From the IMG/VR virus record IMGVR_UViG_2718217885_000011: DNA of 38,548 nucleotides, one strand, 5' to 3'. The notes beneath the pieces were generated by a model. That model worked only from the letters and a program-made list of their open reading frames with translations. It did not search any database and was not told the origin of the DNA. The position numbers and the translations under genes are program-made. The DNA is from a virus (Duplodnaviria; Heunggongvirae; Uroviricota; Caudoviricetes). Numbering within the stretch: the stretch's first letter is position 1; every line of letters starts with the position of its first letter. Of the stretch, positions 19,464-29,172 are shown in pieces.

Positions 19464-20114
19464 TCAGCGGCTGTCATTGCGCAGTCTGCGCTCCAGCTGC
19501 TGTTTGTCTTTTTTCACGCCACAGCGGGGATCGAGCTGTAACGCATGGTTGAGATGATTAAGGGCGGACGCCGGATTGCTTTCACTCAGGACAACGCCAA
19601 TCGCTTTATGCAGACGCGCCCGTGACTGGTCCGGCATATCCAGACCGTCTGTCAGCTCCAGCGTCTGCAGCAACAGATCAGCATCAAAGCCGGTGGCGGC
19701 AAGCATTGCGCTCTGCGCGGCGTCTGCCATTTCCTCTGCCAGCACGGTCTGCACGTTGCGGTTACCCAGCGGCATCACCCAGCCATGACGCAGGGCATGA
19801 CGCCCGATCTCCAGCGCTCCGGCATAATCTCCGGCATCAATGCGCCACAGCATCACGTACATCAGCACGTCATCCTGTTGAGCGCCTCCGGCAGCCAGGA
19901 CACCCTCTGCCCAGGCGGCGTACTTCGGCAGCAGCTCCACCTTGATTTCCGCTTTTTTGACCGTGGACTGAACGCCCTTGAGACGGCGGCGGTCTTCCGC
20001 CAGTTGCAGCAGCATCAGGTCATAGCCCGATGCGTGGCGAACACTGCCGCCCTCGCGGGCGGCCTGTTCAGCCTGAACGCGCAGGCGATGCTGCCGTGCG
20101 GGACTCAGGCTCAT
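19464..20114 (-). CDS. terminase endonuclease (small) subunit M
   Basis: 216-aa ORF, P2 M position. Confidence 0.85.
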   Translation of the reverse strand: MSLSPARQHRLRVQAEQAAREGGSVRHASGYDLMLLQLAEDRRRLKGVQSTVKKAEIKVELLPKYAAWAEGVLAAGGAQQDDVLMYVMLWRIDAGDYAGALEIGRHALRHGWVMPLGNRNVQTVLAEEMADAAQSAMLAATGFDADLLLQTLELTDGLDMPDQSRARLHKAIGVVLSESNPASALNHLNHALQLDPRCGVKKDKQQLERRLRNDSR

Positions 20115-20117
20115 GGA

Positions 20118-21176
20118 TTACGCTCCTGTTTCGGCTGCGGCGGCGCTGAAATCACCAATCTGGATGTTTTCCACCAGTGCGGCGCAGCGGTAGTCCTCAA
20201 CCACATAGGCTTCGTTAACGGATTCAAAGTTTTCAATCCGGTCACGTTTCGGGTTGTCGATAACTGAACGGCGGCGGGTGTCTTCCTGCCAGTAGATGGA
20301 CAGGTTATCCAGACGGGTGATCAGCAGCGCATTCGGCGGGAAGAACGGCGCACGCACGGCCTGCAGGCCACCCATGCGTTTCTGACTGATGATCATATCG
20401 GCAGCCAGTTTTTCACTGTTTTCCTGCTCTTTGTTGACCAGCGGGAAATACTTGTCAGACAGCAGTTCACGACCGCAAATCACCACCAGATCGTCATCGT
20501 CCTGATAGACCACGTCGATAAGCTCGTTAACGGCATCCATCACCACGGCGTCCAGGTTGGCATATTCGCCACCTTTCCCGACTTTCACTGCACCCGGTGT
20601 GGTTTCACCGCCCGTGGTGCTGCTGCCCATGACGTGATCCGGTGCATCCTCACGGATTTTCTGCAGCCAGCCTTTATTCACATCCTGCAGTAGCGGGTTT
20701 TCGCTACGGTTGGAGGTTTTCGCACGCTTCACGCCGTTAAAGCCGATCATGATGCGGTCCAGTGCCTGACGTTTCACGATGGCGTCACGGATACGCACCT
20801 GGAAATCCTGAAACTTCGCCCACAAGTCCAGCTTCGCGTAGGTCAGCACCGTGTCAAAGTTGGTCTGCTCGCATTTGTATTCCACATCGACCATCAGCGT
20901 CGGATCGACAGGTTCACGCTCTTTCGCGGTGGTGTCAGTGGTTCCGGCAATGGTGCTGCCAACACCCAGCCCCAGCAGCTGACCGGACTGCTCAGTCACT
21001 GGCGTGACGTTAATCAGCGTCAGGAAAGCGGCGGACTGCTGGATCTGGTCTTCCAGCGTCTGCTGTACAGACGGCTCCACGGTGAACTTGCTGGACAGTT
21101 CTTCAACTGCCACACCGTTCAGACGCGCCAGCTGCTGCAGGTAAGCGTTAAAAGCAAAGCGGGTATTCTTCTTCAT
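20118..21176 (-). CDS. major capsid protein N
   Basis: 352-aa ORF, P2 N position and size. Confidence 0.9.
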   Translation of the reverse strand: MKKNTRFAFNAYLQQLARLNGVAVEELSSKFTVEPSVQQTLEDQIQQSAAFLTLINVTPVTEQSGQLLGLGVGSTIAGTTDTTAKEREPVDPTLMVDVEYKCEQTNFDTVLTYAKLDLWAKFQDFQVRIRDAIVKRQALDRIMIGFNGVKRAKTSNRSENPLLQDVNKGWLQKIREDAPDHVMGSSTTGGETTPGAVKVGKGGEYANLDAVVMDAVNELIDVVYQDDDDLVVICGRELLSDKYFPLVNKEQENSEKLAADMIISQKRMGGLQAVRAPFFPPNALLITRLDNLSIYWQEDTRRRSVIDNPKRDRIENFESVNEAYVVEDYRCAALVENIQIGDFSAAAAETGA

Positions 21177-21192
21177 CAGGTTTTGTGCTCCA

Positions 21193-22026
21193 TCAGCAAT
21201 TGGTCAGAGTGTCAGCGGGGGCGTTACCGCCTGTTGCACGCTGGCGGTAGTCCTGGCGGCTGTCTTCATGGCTCAGCTTGTCCACCAGTTCGTTAAAAGC
21301 TGTCAGCTGTGCCTGCAGGGCTGTCTCCAGCTCAGACAGGCGTTCTTCCTGTTCAGACAGGGATTTTTCGGTGCGCGCACTCAGGTTTTGCTGCTCAGTG
21401 GCAACCAGCTCCACGGCCTTATGCACATCAGAGAACCGGGCATCATCGGACTGCTCTTTTTTGGTGAACAGCGCCGTGACACGGGCAAACAGGGATAGTT
21501 TTTCGTCCTGGACTTCTTCCAGTTCGATCACCGTTTCCTCTGCAGCGGTAAAAAGATTGGCGGGATTCTGCTTGCGGTTTGCCAGCGGGTTATGGGCTGC
21601 ACTGGCGCTGAATGTCAGCATTTCCGTACCCAGACTGGCAGGGTCATCAGTGGCAGCCAGACCGACCAGGTAGGCTTTGCCCGTATCAGCAAACTTCGGG
21701 CTGACTTCCATAGAGGTGAATAATTTCTGGCCTTTTTTCACCAGTTCCACCAGTGATTCCGTTGGCTCAACGTCGGCATACAGTGCCATCTTGCCCGCCA
21801 GCGGACCCTCCGTGATTTCTTCAGCAAACAGCGCCGTCACCTTGCCGTAACGGTTAAAGGTGCTGTCCGGCAGATAAGACTTGATGTGCTCAAGGTTAAT
21901 CAGCGCGGTATACACCGCCGGGTTGTAGCTGGCTGCCATCTGTTCCAACCATTCACGCTGGATTTCGCGCCCGTCGGTGGTGGCACCTTCCACCCCGATG
22001 CGAAAACGCTTTGCTTTCACTGTCAT
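21193..22026 (-). CDS. capsid scaffolding protein O
   Basis: 277-aa ORF, acidic/coiled-coil, P2 O position. Confidence 0.85.
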   Translation of the reverse strand: MTVKAKRFRIGVEGATTDGREIQREWLEQMAASYNPAVYTALINLEHIKSYLPDSTFNRYGKVTALFAEEITEGPLAGKMALYADVEPTESLVELVKKGQKLFTSMEVSPKFADTGKAYLVGLAATDDPASLGTEMLTFSASAAHNPLANRKQNPANLFTAAEETVIELEEVQDEKLSLFARVTALFTKKEQSDDARFSDVHKAVELVATEQQNLSARTEKSLSEQEERLSELETALQAQLTAFNELVDKLSHEDSRQDYRQRATGGNAPADTLTNC

Positions 22027-22104
22027 GAGCCGTGCTCCGTTAGAAAAAACTTACTGGAGCCTTATGGTTGCGGTGATGGGGGCAGTGAAACAATGCGCGG
22101 TATT

Positions 22105-22122
22105 TGTACCGACAACCACACA
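22105..22122. promoter_or_regulatory. candidate Ogr-dependent late promoter element in divergent O/P intergenic region
   Basis: TTGT-accgacaaccac-ACAA (TGT-N12-ACA). Confidence 0.35.
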
Positions 22123-22168
22123 AACCGCAGGCGGGGAAAGCCTTCATTCAAGGCTGTAGGTTTGTGCC

Positions 22169-23935
22169 ATGAACACCACACTGACACCCGCAGATCTCGA
22201 TCCCCGTCGGCAGGCCATGCTGCTGTACTTTCAGGGATACCGCGTAGCCCGCATTGCTGAAATGCTGGGCGAGAAAGTTGCAACCGTTCACAGCTGGAAA
22301 AAACGCGACAAGTGGGGTGACTATGGGCCGCTGGATCAGATGCAGCTCACCACCGCCGCACGCTACTGCCAGCTCATTATGAAGGAGCACAAAGAAGGGA
22401 AAGATTTCAAAGAGATTGACCTGCTGGCGCGCCAGTCGGAACGCCACGCGCGGATCGGCAAGTTTAACAATGGCGGCAACGAAGCCGACTTAAACCCTAA
22501 CGTCGCCAACCGCAACAAAGGCCCACGCCGGCAGCCGGAAAAGAACGTTTTCACCGATGAACAGATTGAGAAGCTGGAAGAAATTTTCCATTCCTCCATG
22601 TTCAACTACCAGCGCCACTGGTGGGAAGCCGGAAAAACCAACCGCATCCGCAACCTGCTGAAGTCACGCCAGATCGGCGCGACCTTTTACTTTGCCCGTG
22701 AAGCCCTGATTGACGCCCTGCTTACCGGACGTAACCAGATTTTCCTTTCCGCCAGTAAGGCACAGGCCCACGTCTTTAAACAGTACATCATCGACTTCGC
22801 CAAAGAAGTGGAGGCGGAGCTGAAAGGCGATCCGATGGTGCTTCCCAACGGGGCCACGCTTTACTTCCTCGGCACCAATGCCCGCACTGCCCAGAGTTAC
22901 CACGGCAACCTGTATCTGGATGAATACTTCTGGATACCGAAATTCCAGGAGCTGCGCAAAGTGGCTTCCGGTATGGCTATTCACAAAAAATGGCGACAAA
23001 CCTATTTTTCCACACCATCCAGCCTGACACACAGTGCTTATCCGTTCTGGTCCGGTGCGCTGTTTAACCGTGGGCGCAACAAAGCCGATAAGGTGGACAT
23101 CGACCTGTCCCACAACAATCTGGCCCCCGGCCTGCTGTGCGCAGACGGGCAATACCGCCAGATAGTCACCGTGGAAGATGCGGTACGCGGCGGCTGTAAC
23201 CTGTTCGACCTCGACCAGCTACGCATGGAGTACAGCCCGGACGAATATCAGAACCTGCTGATGTGCGAGTTCGTGGACGATCTCGCGTCCGTGTTCCCGC
23301 TCAGCGAACTGCAGGCGTGCATGGTGGACAGTTGGGAAGTCTGGACCGATTTTCATGCACTGGCCCTGCGCCCGTTTAGCTGGCGCGAGGTGTGGATCGG
23401 TTATGACCCGGCAAAAGGTACGCAGAACGGCGACAGCGCCGGATGCGTGGTGGTGGCACCGCCAGCCGTGCCAGGCGGTAAGTTTCGCATTCTTGAGCGT
23501 CACCAGTGGCGCGGGATGGACTTCCGCGCCCAGGCTGATGCAATCAAAAAACTGACCGAGCAGTACAACGTGACCTATATCGGCATCGACTCGACAGGCG
23601 TCGGTCACGGGGTTTATGAGAACGTGAAAGCGTTCTTTCCTGCCGTCCGGGAGTTTGTCTACAACCCCAACGTTAAAAACGCTCTGGTACTCAAGGCCTA
23701 CGACATTATCAGCCACCGCCGTCTGGAGTTTGACGCCGGACACACCGACATAGCGCAGTCCTTTATGGCAATCCGTCGCGCCACCACCGCCAGTGGCAAC
23801 CGCCCGACCTATGAAGCCAGCCGCAGCGAAGAAGCCAGCCACGCCGATCTGGCATGGGCAACGATGCACGCACTGTTTAACGAACCGCTGCAGGGCGAAT
23901 CCGCCAATACCAGCAATATTGTGGAGATTTTTTGA
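22169..23935 (+). CDS. terminase ATPase (large) subunit P
   Basis: 588-aa ORF divergent from O, P2 P size. Confidence 0.9.
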   Translation: MNTTLTPADLDPRRQAMLLYFQGYRVARIAEMLGEKVATVHSWKKRDKWGDYGPLDQMQLTTAARYCQLIMKEHKEGKDFKEIDLLARQSERHARIGKFNNGGNEADLNPNVANRNKGPRRQPEKNVFTDEQIEKLEEIFHSSMFNYQRHWWEAGKTNRIRNLLKSRQIGATFYFAREALIDALLTGRNQIFLSASKAQAHVFKQYIIDFAKEVEAELKGDPMVLPNGATLYFLGTNARTAQSYHGNLYLDEYFWIPKFQELRKVASGMAIHKKWRQTYFSTPSSLTHSAYPFWSGALFNRGRNKADKVDIDLSHNNLAPGLLCADGQYRQIVTVEDAVRGGCNLFDLDQLRMEYSPDEYQNLLMCEFVDDLASVFPLSELQACMVDSWEVWTDFHALALRPFSWREVWIGYDPAKGTQNGDSAGCVVVAPPAVPGGKFRILERHQWRGMDFRAQADAIKKLTEQYNVTYIGIDSTGVGHGVYENVKAFFPAVREFVYNPNVKNALVLKAYDIISHRRLEFDAGHTDIAQSFMAIRRATTASGNRPTYEASRSEEASHADLAWATMHALFNEPLQGESANTSNIVEIF

Positions 23936-24966
23936 TGGGAAAGAGTAAGAAGAACCGAGCTGCGGCGACGAAACAGATCCAGCTTAAAAGTCAAACTACA
24001 GCCGAAGCATTCAGCTTCGGCGATCCCGTTCCTGTTCTGGACCGCCGTGAACTGCTGGACTATGTGGAATGCGTACAGATGGACCGCTGGTATGAGCCTC
24101 CCGTCAGCTTTGACGGACTGGCGCGCACCTTCCGCGCTGCCGTGCATCACAGTTCCCCGATTGCAGTAAAGTGTAACATTCTGACCAGTACCTATATCCC
24201 TCATCCTCTGCTCAGCCAGCAGGCTTTTTCGCGTTTTGTGCAGGACTATCTGGTATTTGGCAATGCCTATCTGGAGAAACGCACGAACCGCTTCGGTGAA
24301 GTGATCGCCCTTGAACCTGCGCTGGCAAAATACACCCGACGCGGATTAGACCTAGATACCTACTGGTTTGTGCAATACGGTATGACAACCCAGCCGTATC
24401 AGTTCACGAAAGGCAGCATTTTTCATCTGATGGAACCGGATATTAATCAGGAGATCTACGGCCTGCCCGGTTATCTTTCTGCCATTCCGTCAGCCCTGCT
24501 CAACGAGTCCGCCACGCTGTTCCGCCGTAAGTATTACATCAACGGCAGCCATGCAGGCTTCATCATGTATATGACCGATGCCGCGCAGAACCAGGAGGAT
24601 GTGAACAACCTCCGCAACGCGATGAAAAGCGCCAAAGGCCCTGGCAACTTCCGCAATCTGTTTATGTACTCGCCTAACGGCAAAAAGGACGGACTTCAGA
24701 TTATCCCGTTGTCAGAAGTCGCAGCGAAGGATGAGTTTCTGAATATCAAGAACGTGAGCCGTGATGACATGATGGCTGCGCACCGCGTGCCACCACAGAT
24801 GATGGGGATTATGCCAAGTAATGTTGGCGGGTTTGGGGATGTGGAGAAGGCCAGTTGCGTCTTTGTCCGTAACGAACTGATGCCTCTACAAAAACAACTC
24901 GAGGGGCTCAATGAATGGTTAGGGGAGAAAATTATGCGTTTTGAAAAATATGAACTAACTCTTTGA
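23932..24966 (+). CDS. portal (capsid vertex) protein Q
   Basis: 344-aa ORF, start overlaps P stop, P2 Q size. Confidence 0.9.
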   Translation: MMGKSKKNRAAATKQIQLKSQTTAEAFSFGDPVPVLDRRELLDYVECVQMDRWYEPPVSFDGLARTFRAAVHHSSPIAVKCNILTSTYIPHPLLSQQAFSRFVQDYLVFGNAYLEKRTNRFGEVIALEPALAKYTRRGLDLDTYWFVQYGMTTQPYQFTKGSIFHLMEPDINQEIYGLPGYLSAIPSALLNESATLFRRKYYINGSHAGFIMYMTDAAQNQEDVNNLRNAMKSAKGPGNFRNLFMYSPNGKKDGLQIIPLSEVAAKDEFLNIKNVSRDDMMAAHRVPPQMMGIMPSNVGGFGDVEKASCVFVRNELMPLQKQLEGLNEWLGEKIMRFEKYELTL

Positions 24967-24984
24967 GTTTCAGAGAAAATAGAG

Positions 24985-25006
24985 GCGGCGGTATGAATAC
25001 CGCCAA
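24985..25006. terminator. hairpin between convergent Q and cargo operon
   Basis: ggcggtat-ga-ataccgcc inverted repeat between the two stop codons. Confidence 0.4.
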
Positions 25007-25009
25007 CTA

Positions 25010-25711
25010 TTAAATTTCCCTTTCAAGAATATGAGAAACTATTGTCTCAGTTAAATATTTAACCATACCCTCGTTAGCACAGACAGAACCATTCTTCGAT
25101 ATCTCAAATTCACAACGATGTCCTAGAACATATCCTGCCGCCCTGACCTTATCAAGAGAATATGCTTTATCCCCAATAATATCCTTCACATCATCAAATG
25201 CATTTTTCTTAGATGTAACCTCTACGGTTGCCTTAGAGTTATCATTAACTATCAAATTACTAACCTTAACCTTCTTGATACTAACAAGTTCCAAATCATA
25301 TTTTTTATGCAGCGAATCCAAATACTCAGACAGTTTAATATCAACGATGCCAAACCCTATTTTATAACCTGAATCCGCACTAAGTCGCTCTGTCAAAGCC
25401 TTTATTGATTTTGGTGGATTGTAAACTGATAATAAATATAACCTACCTATGAGTTTAGATATAGAGAACTGAATTGACTCATAAGTAATGAACTCTTGTT
25501 CATTTTCGTTACCCAAAGGATCAACTGAAGTCTGTTTATTCAACTTAGCTTCAGTATACTTAGCTGATAGTACGTCAGATGAAACTTCAAAGTCAGAATA
25601 ACCATAGCCAAGTTCTTCAGAGTATTTGTTACTCTTTATATAAAAAGCAATCTCACTTAATGTAAGATTAGACTTCAATCTATTCCATTTAACTCTGATC
25701 AGACTTTCCAT
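25010..25711 (-). CDS. cargo operon gene 3, hypothetical protein (233 aa), no recognisable domain
   Basis: ATG start with GGGGAAG SD-like sequence, 23-nt overlap with the upstream gene; AT-rich codon usage unlike the phage core. Confidence 0.7.
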   Translation of the reverse strand: MESLIRVKWNRLKSNLTLSEIAFYIKSNKYSEELGYGYSDFEVSSDVLSAKYTEAKLNKQTSVDPLGNENEQEFITYESIQFSISKLIGRLYLLSVYNPPKSIKALTERLSADSGYKIGFGIVDIKLSEYLDSLHKKYDLELVSIKKVKVSNLIVNDNSKATVEVTSKKNAFDDVKDIIGDKAYSLDKVRAAGYVLGHRCEFEISKNGSVCANEGMVKYLTETIVSHILEREI

Positions 25712-26813
25712 CTTTCTTCCCCTGAGCCTGTTTATTTAGTTCAATTATAATGGAACGGGCTGCCTTTTCAATCATACGACTAAAAAATAACTTCTGACTA
25801 TCTTTCAACTGGACTGTTGACTTATTATACTCGCCACCCCCTTTGTATTTTTTAATACCTTTAGCTATATATGAAAACCCCTTAAAATTTTGAGCGTCGT
25901 TAAATTGCGCTTCAAACTCAAAAATATTTGGATCCGCACCTTTCTCTTTAACTCGCCATTTAATTTTACATATATAAAAGCCACGCTCATAAAGTGAGTA
26001 GATTTCTTCAGATTTGAGCACCCCTTCCCCTTTCAACGATGCCTTACTAACATGTACTCCTAAATCTGTTTCGCCGTCTTCCTCTTCAATCTCTTCTGGT
26101 TTTGGGTGATAAACATAAGCATCTGTTACATCATCGAGTTCATAACCTTCAAGCCCATTTATTAATTTCGTAAAGAAATCAGTTCTGGACTGAGGGGAAT
26201 CAATGTTTTCTAGACTTATTTCTTGGATATCGAGAGTAGCGTCCGAAATTGGTTTTCCTTCCTCAATCGCTCTTTCCTTTGATAATCTTTCAACGATAGC
26301 AAGTAACTGATTCTCATAAACCTCAGTTTGCTCATTATCTGGACGGCGAATCACATAACCAGCTTCTGTTGGCTCTACCTCTATGACAGCTTGCTTTTTA
26401 ACGACTTGTTTGAAATCACTTTTTGAAAAATTTGTTGACATATAAGTTATATGAATATTTATCATGCCACTTTTATCAGCAACTATATGGCAGAGGTCTT
26501 TTTGGTCTGTTAACTCTTTTTTTAGCGAATCCGCCGCTTTTAATAAAATTGTTTTTTCAGGCATATTAGATACTAATCTTGAAGTAGAACGCTCCCTCCG
26601 AGGCTCACTTCCTAATATCTCTGCAATTTTCTGATGATCATAGTAATCATGAGTGAACTTTGAGAAGTTTTTAGCTAATAATTTTCTATCGGTGTTTTTT
26701 GAAATAATTATACCTCTTGAAAGATAAAGCTCTCTCATCTCATTTTGAGTTACTTGTGACTGGTTAAGAGCATCACATAAAACCTTATCCGTCACACTAT
26801 AAATATTGCTCAT
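25689..26813 (-). CDS. cargo operon gene 2, hypothetical protein (374 aa) with acidic stretch, no recognisable domain
   Basis: ATG start 1 nt after the stop of gene 1 (TGA-T-ATG); long uninterrupted AT-rich ORF. Confidence 0.7.
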   Translation of the reverse strand: MSNIYSVTDKVLCDALNQSQVTQNEMRELYLSRGIIISKNTDRKLLAKNFSKFTHDYYDHQKIAEILGSEPRRERSTSRLVSNMPEKTILLKAADSLKKELTDQKDLCHIVADKSGMINIHITYMSTNFSKSDFKQVVKKQAVIEVEPTEAGYVIRRPDNEQTEVYENQLLAIVERLSKERAIEEGKPISDATLDIQEISLENIDSPQSRTDFFTKLINGLEGYELDDVTDAYVYHPKPEEIEEEDGETDLGVHVSKASLKGEGVLKSEEIYSLYERGFYICKIKWRVKEKGADPNIFEFEAQFNDAQNFKGFSYIAKGIKKYKGGGEYNKSTVQLKDSQKLFFSRMIEKAARSIIIELNKQAQGKKDGKSDQS

Positions 26814-26814
26814 A

Positions 26815-27879
26815 TCAATAATCCCAAGATGTTGATTCAGTACTATAAAACTCTTTAACTGTAGGAACTAAATAAATATCCATAGAAAGTAGTTTTTCCT
26901 TTGCACTATCATCATAATTCCAATCAAAAGCATACTTCTGAAGTGCCCGTTTAAAATGCGATCTTATTGAATCATTCCGATCTTTTGTCGCGATACGTAT
27001 TCTTATGTTGTTTTTTCCATTCAGAATCTGGTAGTTAGTTAAAAGATCAAAGAGATAATAAAACTCCATATCTGTGGAGCCCGGACGATTATAATATACA
27101 ACATACCCTGCAGGATAAACTTCAACTTCTCTTTGTAGCTCGCGATTATACGAGTAAACTGCATCATGTTTAATAATTAAAAATGGAGCAGTCAAAGACT
27201 CTATCGTTGCAGGTAAATAATCATCGGTGACAATTACCTTATGATATGTAAGTTGAGGGTAATAAAAACCATACTCATCTCTCGGGAATTGATTATCTCT
27301 GATTAATTCATTCATATCTGCGATTATAGATAACATATAGCTAATCGACTTAGGCTCAATTATATGTATTTGTTGCCCATCAGACACTTTTATATTATCT
27401 AATTTAACTGCCTTCGGCTTTCTTTTTCTTCCTGCAGGTTTGGGAGGATCGAAGAAATCATAAAAGTTATGCTCAAAATCGTTATCATGATTATAAACAA
27501 ACAATAACCCTCTAACCTCACTATCCCCAACGCATATATTATATTTCTCTCTCCACTCCGGACTATATTGAGCACAGGAAATTGTATACCCTAGGGATGT
27601 CAGCGCTTTTTCTATCATGTCAGGATTAATAGAACCCTTAGAGTAACTTTTTAGGTCAGTATTCAATAAAATAGTTTTATTTAAATAAGGGTCTTTATAG
27701 CTAAAAACCACATCGACAGGGTGTGTATGAGCCTGCTTTTTTTCGAGTGGTTTATGATTTTCTTCGTCAATACATCCAAAGTCCTGATCACACGGCCCTG
27801 ATATGCTCCATTTAAAGCGCTCAAAAATCTTCGATGATACTATCTTTGCTAATTCTTCTATCGGTCCGTTCTCAGCCAC
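26815..27879 (-). CDS. cargo operon gene 1, hypothetical protein (~354 aa); possible PD-(D/E)xK-like motif (HPVD ... ILLNTDLK)
   Basis: ORF open to TTG at 27912; GTG at 27879 preceded by AAGGGGA is the preferred start; no P-loop. Confidence 0.65.
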   Translation of the reverse strand: MAENGPIEELAKIVSSKIFERFKWSISGPCDQDFGCIDEENHKPLEKKQAHTHPVDVVFSYKDPYLNKTILLNTDLKSYSKGSINPDMIEKALTSLGYTISCAQYSPEWREKYNICVGDSEVRGLLFVYNHDNDFEHNFYDFFDPPKPAGRKRKPKAVKLDNIKVSDGQQIHIIEPKSISYMLSIIADMNELIRDNQFPRDEYGFYYPQLTYHKVIVTDDYLPATIESLTAPFLIIKHDAVYSYNRELQREVEVYPAGYVVYYNRPGSTDMEFYYLFDLLTNYQILNGKNNIRIRIATKDRNDSIRSHFKRALQKYAFDWNYDDSAKEKLLSMDIYLVPTVKEFYSTESTSWDY

Positions 27880-28007
27880 AATACATCCCCTTAACCTGAT
27901 CTTTCTCGGCAAAATCCTATGGACAAGATAAGTAAATCATTGTTCCTTTGCAAGAATGGAGGCGCATTATGCTTAGTAGTGAAATATGACATCAAGCGCG
28001 CGCTCGT

Positions 28008-28026
28008 ATCCCCGCCACGCCTGCCC
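28008..28026. other. probable cos site (cohesive end region)
   Basis: reverse complement reads GGCGTGGCGGGGATACGAG; first 12 nt match the 19-nt cohesive end of phage 186 as recalled, P2's differs at one of them. Confidence 0.45.
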
Positions 28027-28400
28027 GCTTTATGCAGTGGTTTTCATGCACATGCATAACATGAGCAAAAGCCCGCCAGTTCTGGCGGATCTGAGCAAAG
28101 ACGATCCTCAATCGATCATGCGATTTCATGCAGCATAGTCATGCACTGTCAAGGAAGTGAAAATCCGTATCTGAATGGCCACTTGAAAAACGGATCATAC
28201 GGGTTTACAAAGATGAATGTTCGCTGTGAACGGGAAGCGGAAGTTAACTTTCAGATAACATAATCCATATGCACGAGAACCTCTAAAATAGAATGGGACA
28301 CCTAAGCGGGGTACTTACAACGATTCTTTCCATATTCACAGTTAACACTCTGTTTGGCGTATTTTTATTCAAATAGCAAACACCAATAAAAGGAGTTTCC

Positions 28401-28736
28401 ATGAACAATATTCCCCCTATACCACAGTTAGGAATTTATGTCTCAAAAATCGATCCCACCCTACGTATCACTGTAACCGATGTTGATATTGTTGATGGTG
28501 AGGATGATTCTCCTGATGATGAATTGTTTTATTTAGTCCACTGGATCGAGGGGGAAGATGAAAGTGATATGACAGCAATGGGATTTGAGCTAGACCCAGT
28601 AGAGTGGCAGGCTTTCGTTGAATCTGAGCAATTAGTGTTTGAGCGTGATCCGTACATGGATTCAATCCCCGAAAATTCAAACTTGGCAAAGATTCGGGAT
28701 TTTCTCATGAAGACTAAACAGAATGATCATTCGTAA
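28401..28736 (+). CDS. small highly acidic hypothetical protein (111 aa)
   Basis: ATG preceded by AAAGGAG SD; strongly acidic (Asp/Glu-rich); AT-rich. Confidence 0.65.
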   Translation: MNNIPPIPQLGIYVSKIDPTLRITVTDVDIVDGEDDSPDDELFYLVHWIEGEDESDMTAMGFELDPVEWQAFVESEQLVFERDPYMDSIPENSNLAKIRDFLMKTKQNDHS

Positions 28737-28928
28737 GTGTAAGCATCCATCAGGAAAATGGTTTTGTAAGTGAATCATCAACTTTTAGAGAGTCTCAGAC
28801 ACTCCCACTTCTGCTTCTGACACAAAGCGGACGATCACTTATCAAAATAACCGCCCACCTTACGCCTTATTTCACTCATTGCCCAAACTAGCCCCCATCA
28901 GAATGAATCCTCCTGGGGGCAACATTTC

Positions 28929-29162
28929 TTAATGCAGCCAGCTGTCGTCCTCCCACACCTTCTGCATAATTTTCATCACTTGTTTTCTTTCTTCATCCAG
29001 TTGCAGTCCGGTTAGTTCCACACCGTTAGAGCTACCTTTGCGAATGCGAATTACCGTTTTGGGATACAGGGGGCGCAGATTGCGGTAAAGCTCGGATTCA
29101 AGGGCGTCCAGGGTAGACTGGCTAATCTTCTGCTCTTTATCGATCATTATTTCAATGCGCAT
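28929..29162 (-). CDS. DinI-family protein
   Basis: MRIEIMIDKEQ...VWEDDSW resembles E. coli DinI (MRIEVTIAK...TWESADDW); GAGGTGA SD before the internal ATG; ORF track extends to 29234. Confidence 0.75.
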   Translation of the reverse strand: MRIEIMIDKEQKISQSTLDALESELYRNLRPLYPKTVIRIRKGSSNGVELTGLQLDEERKQVMKIMQKVWEDDSWLH

Positions 29163-29172
29163 AAAAGTCACC

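Noticed and set aside
22158-22175. Additional TGT-N12-ACA match (tgtgccatgaacaccaca)
   Set aside because: Overlaps the P start codon itself and has no extended palindrome; consistent with a chance match.
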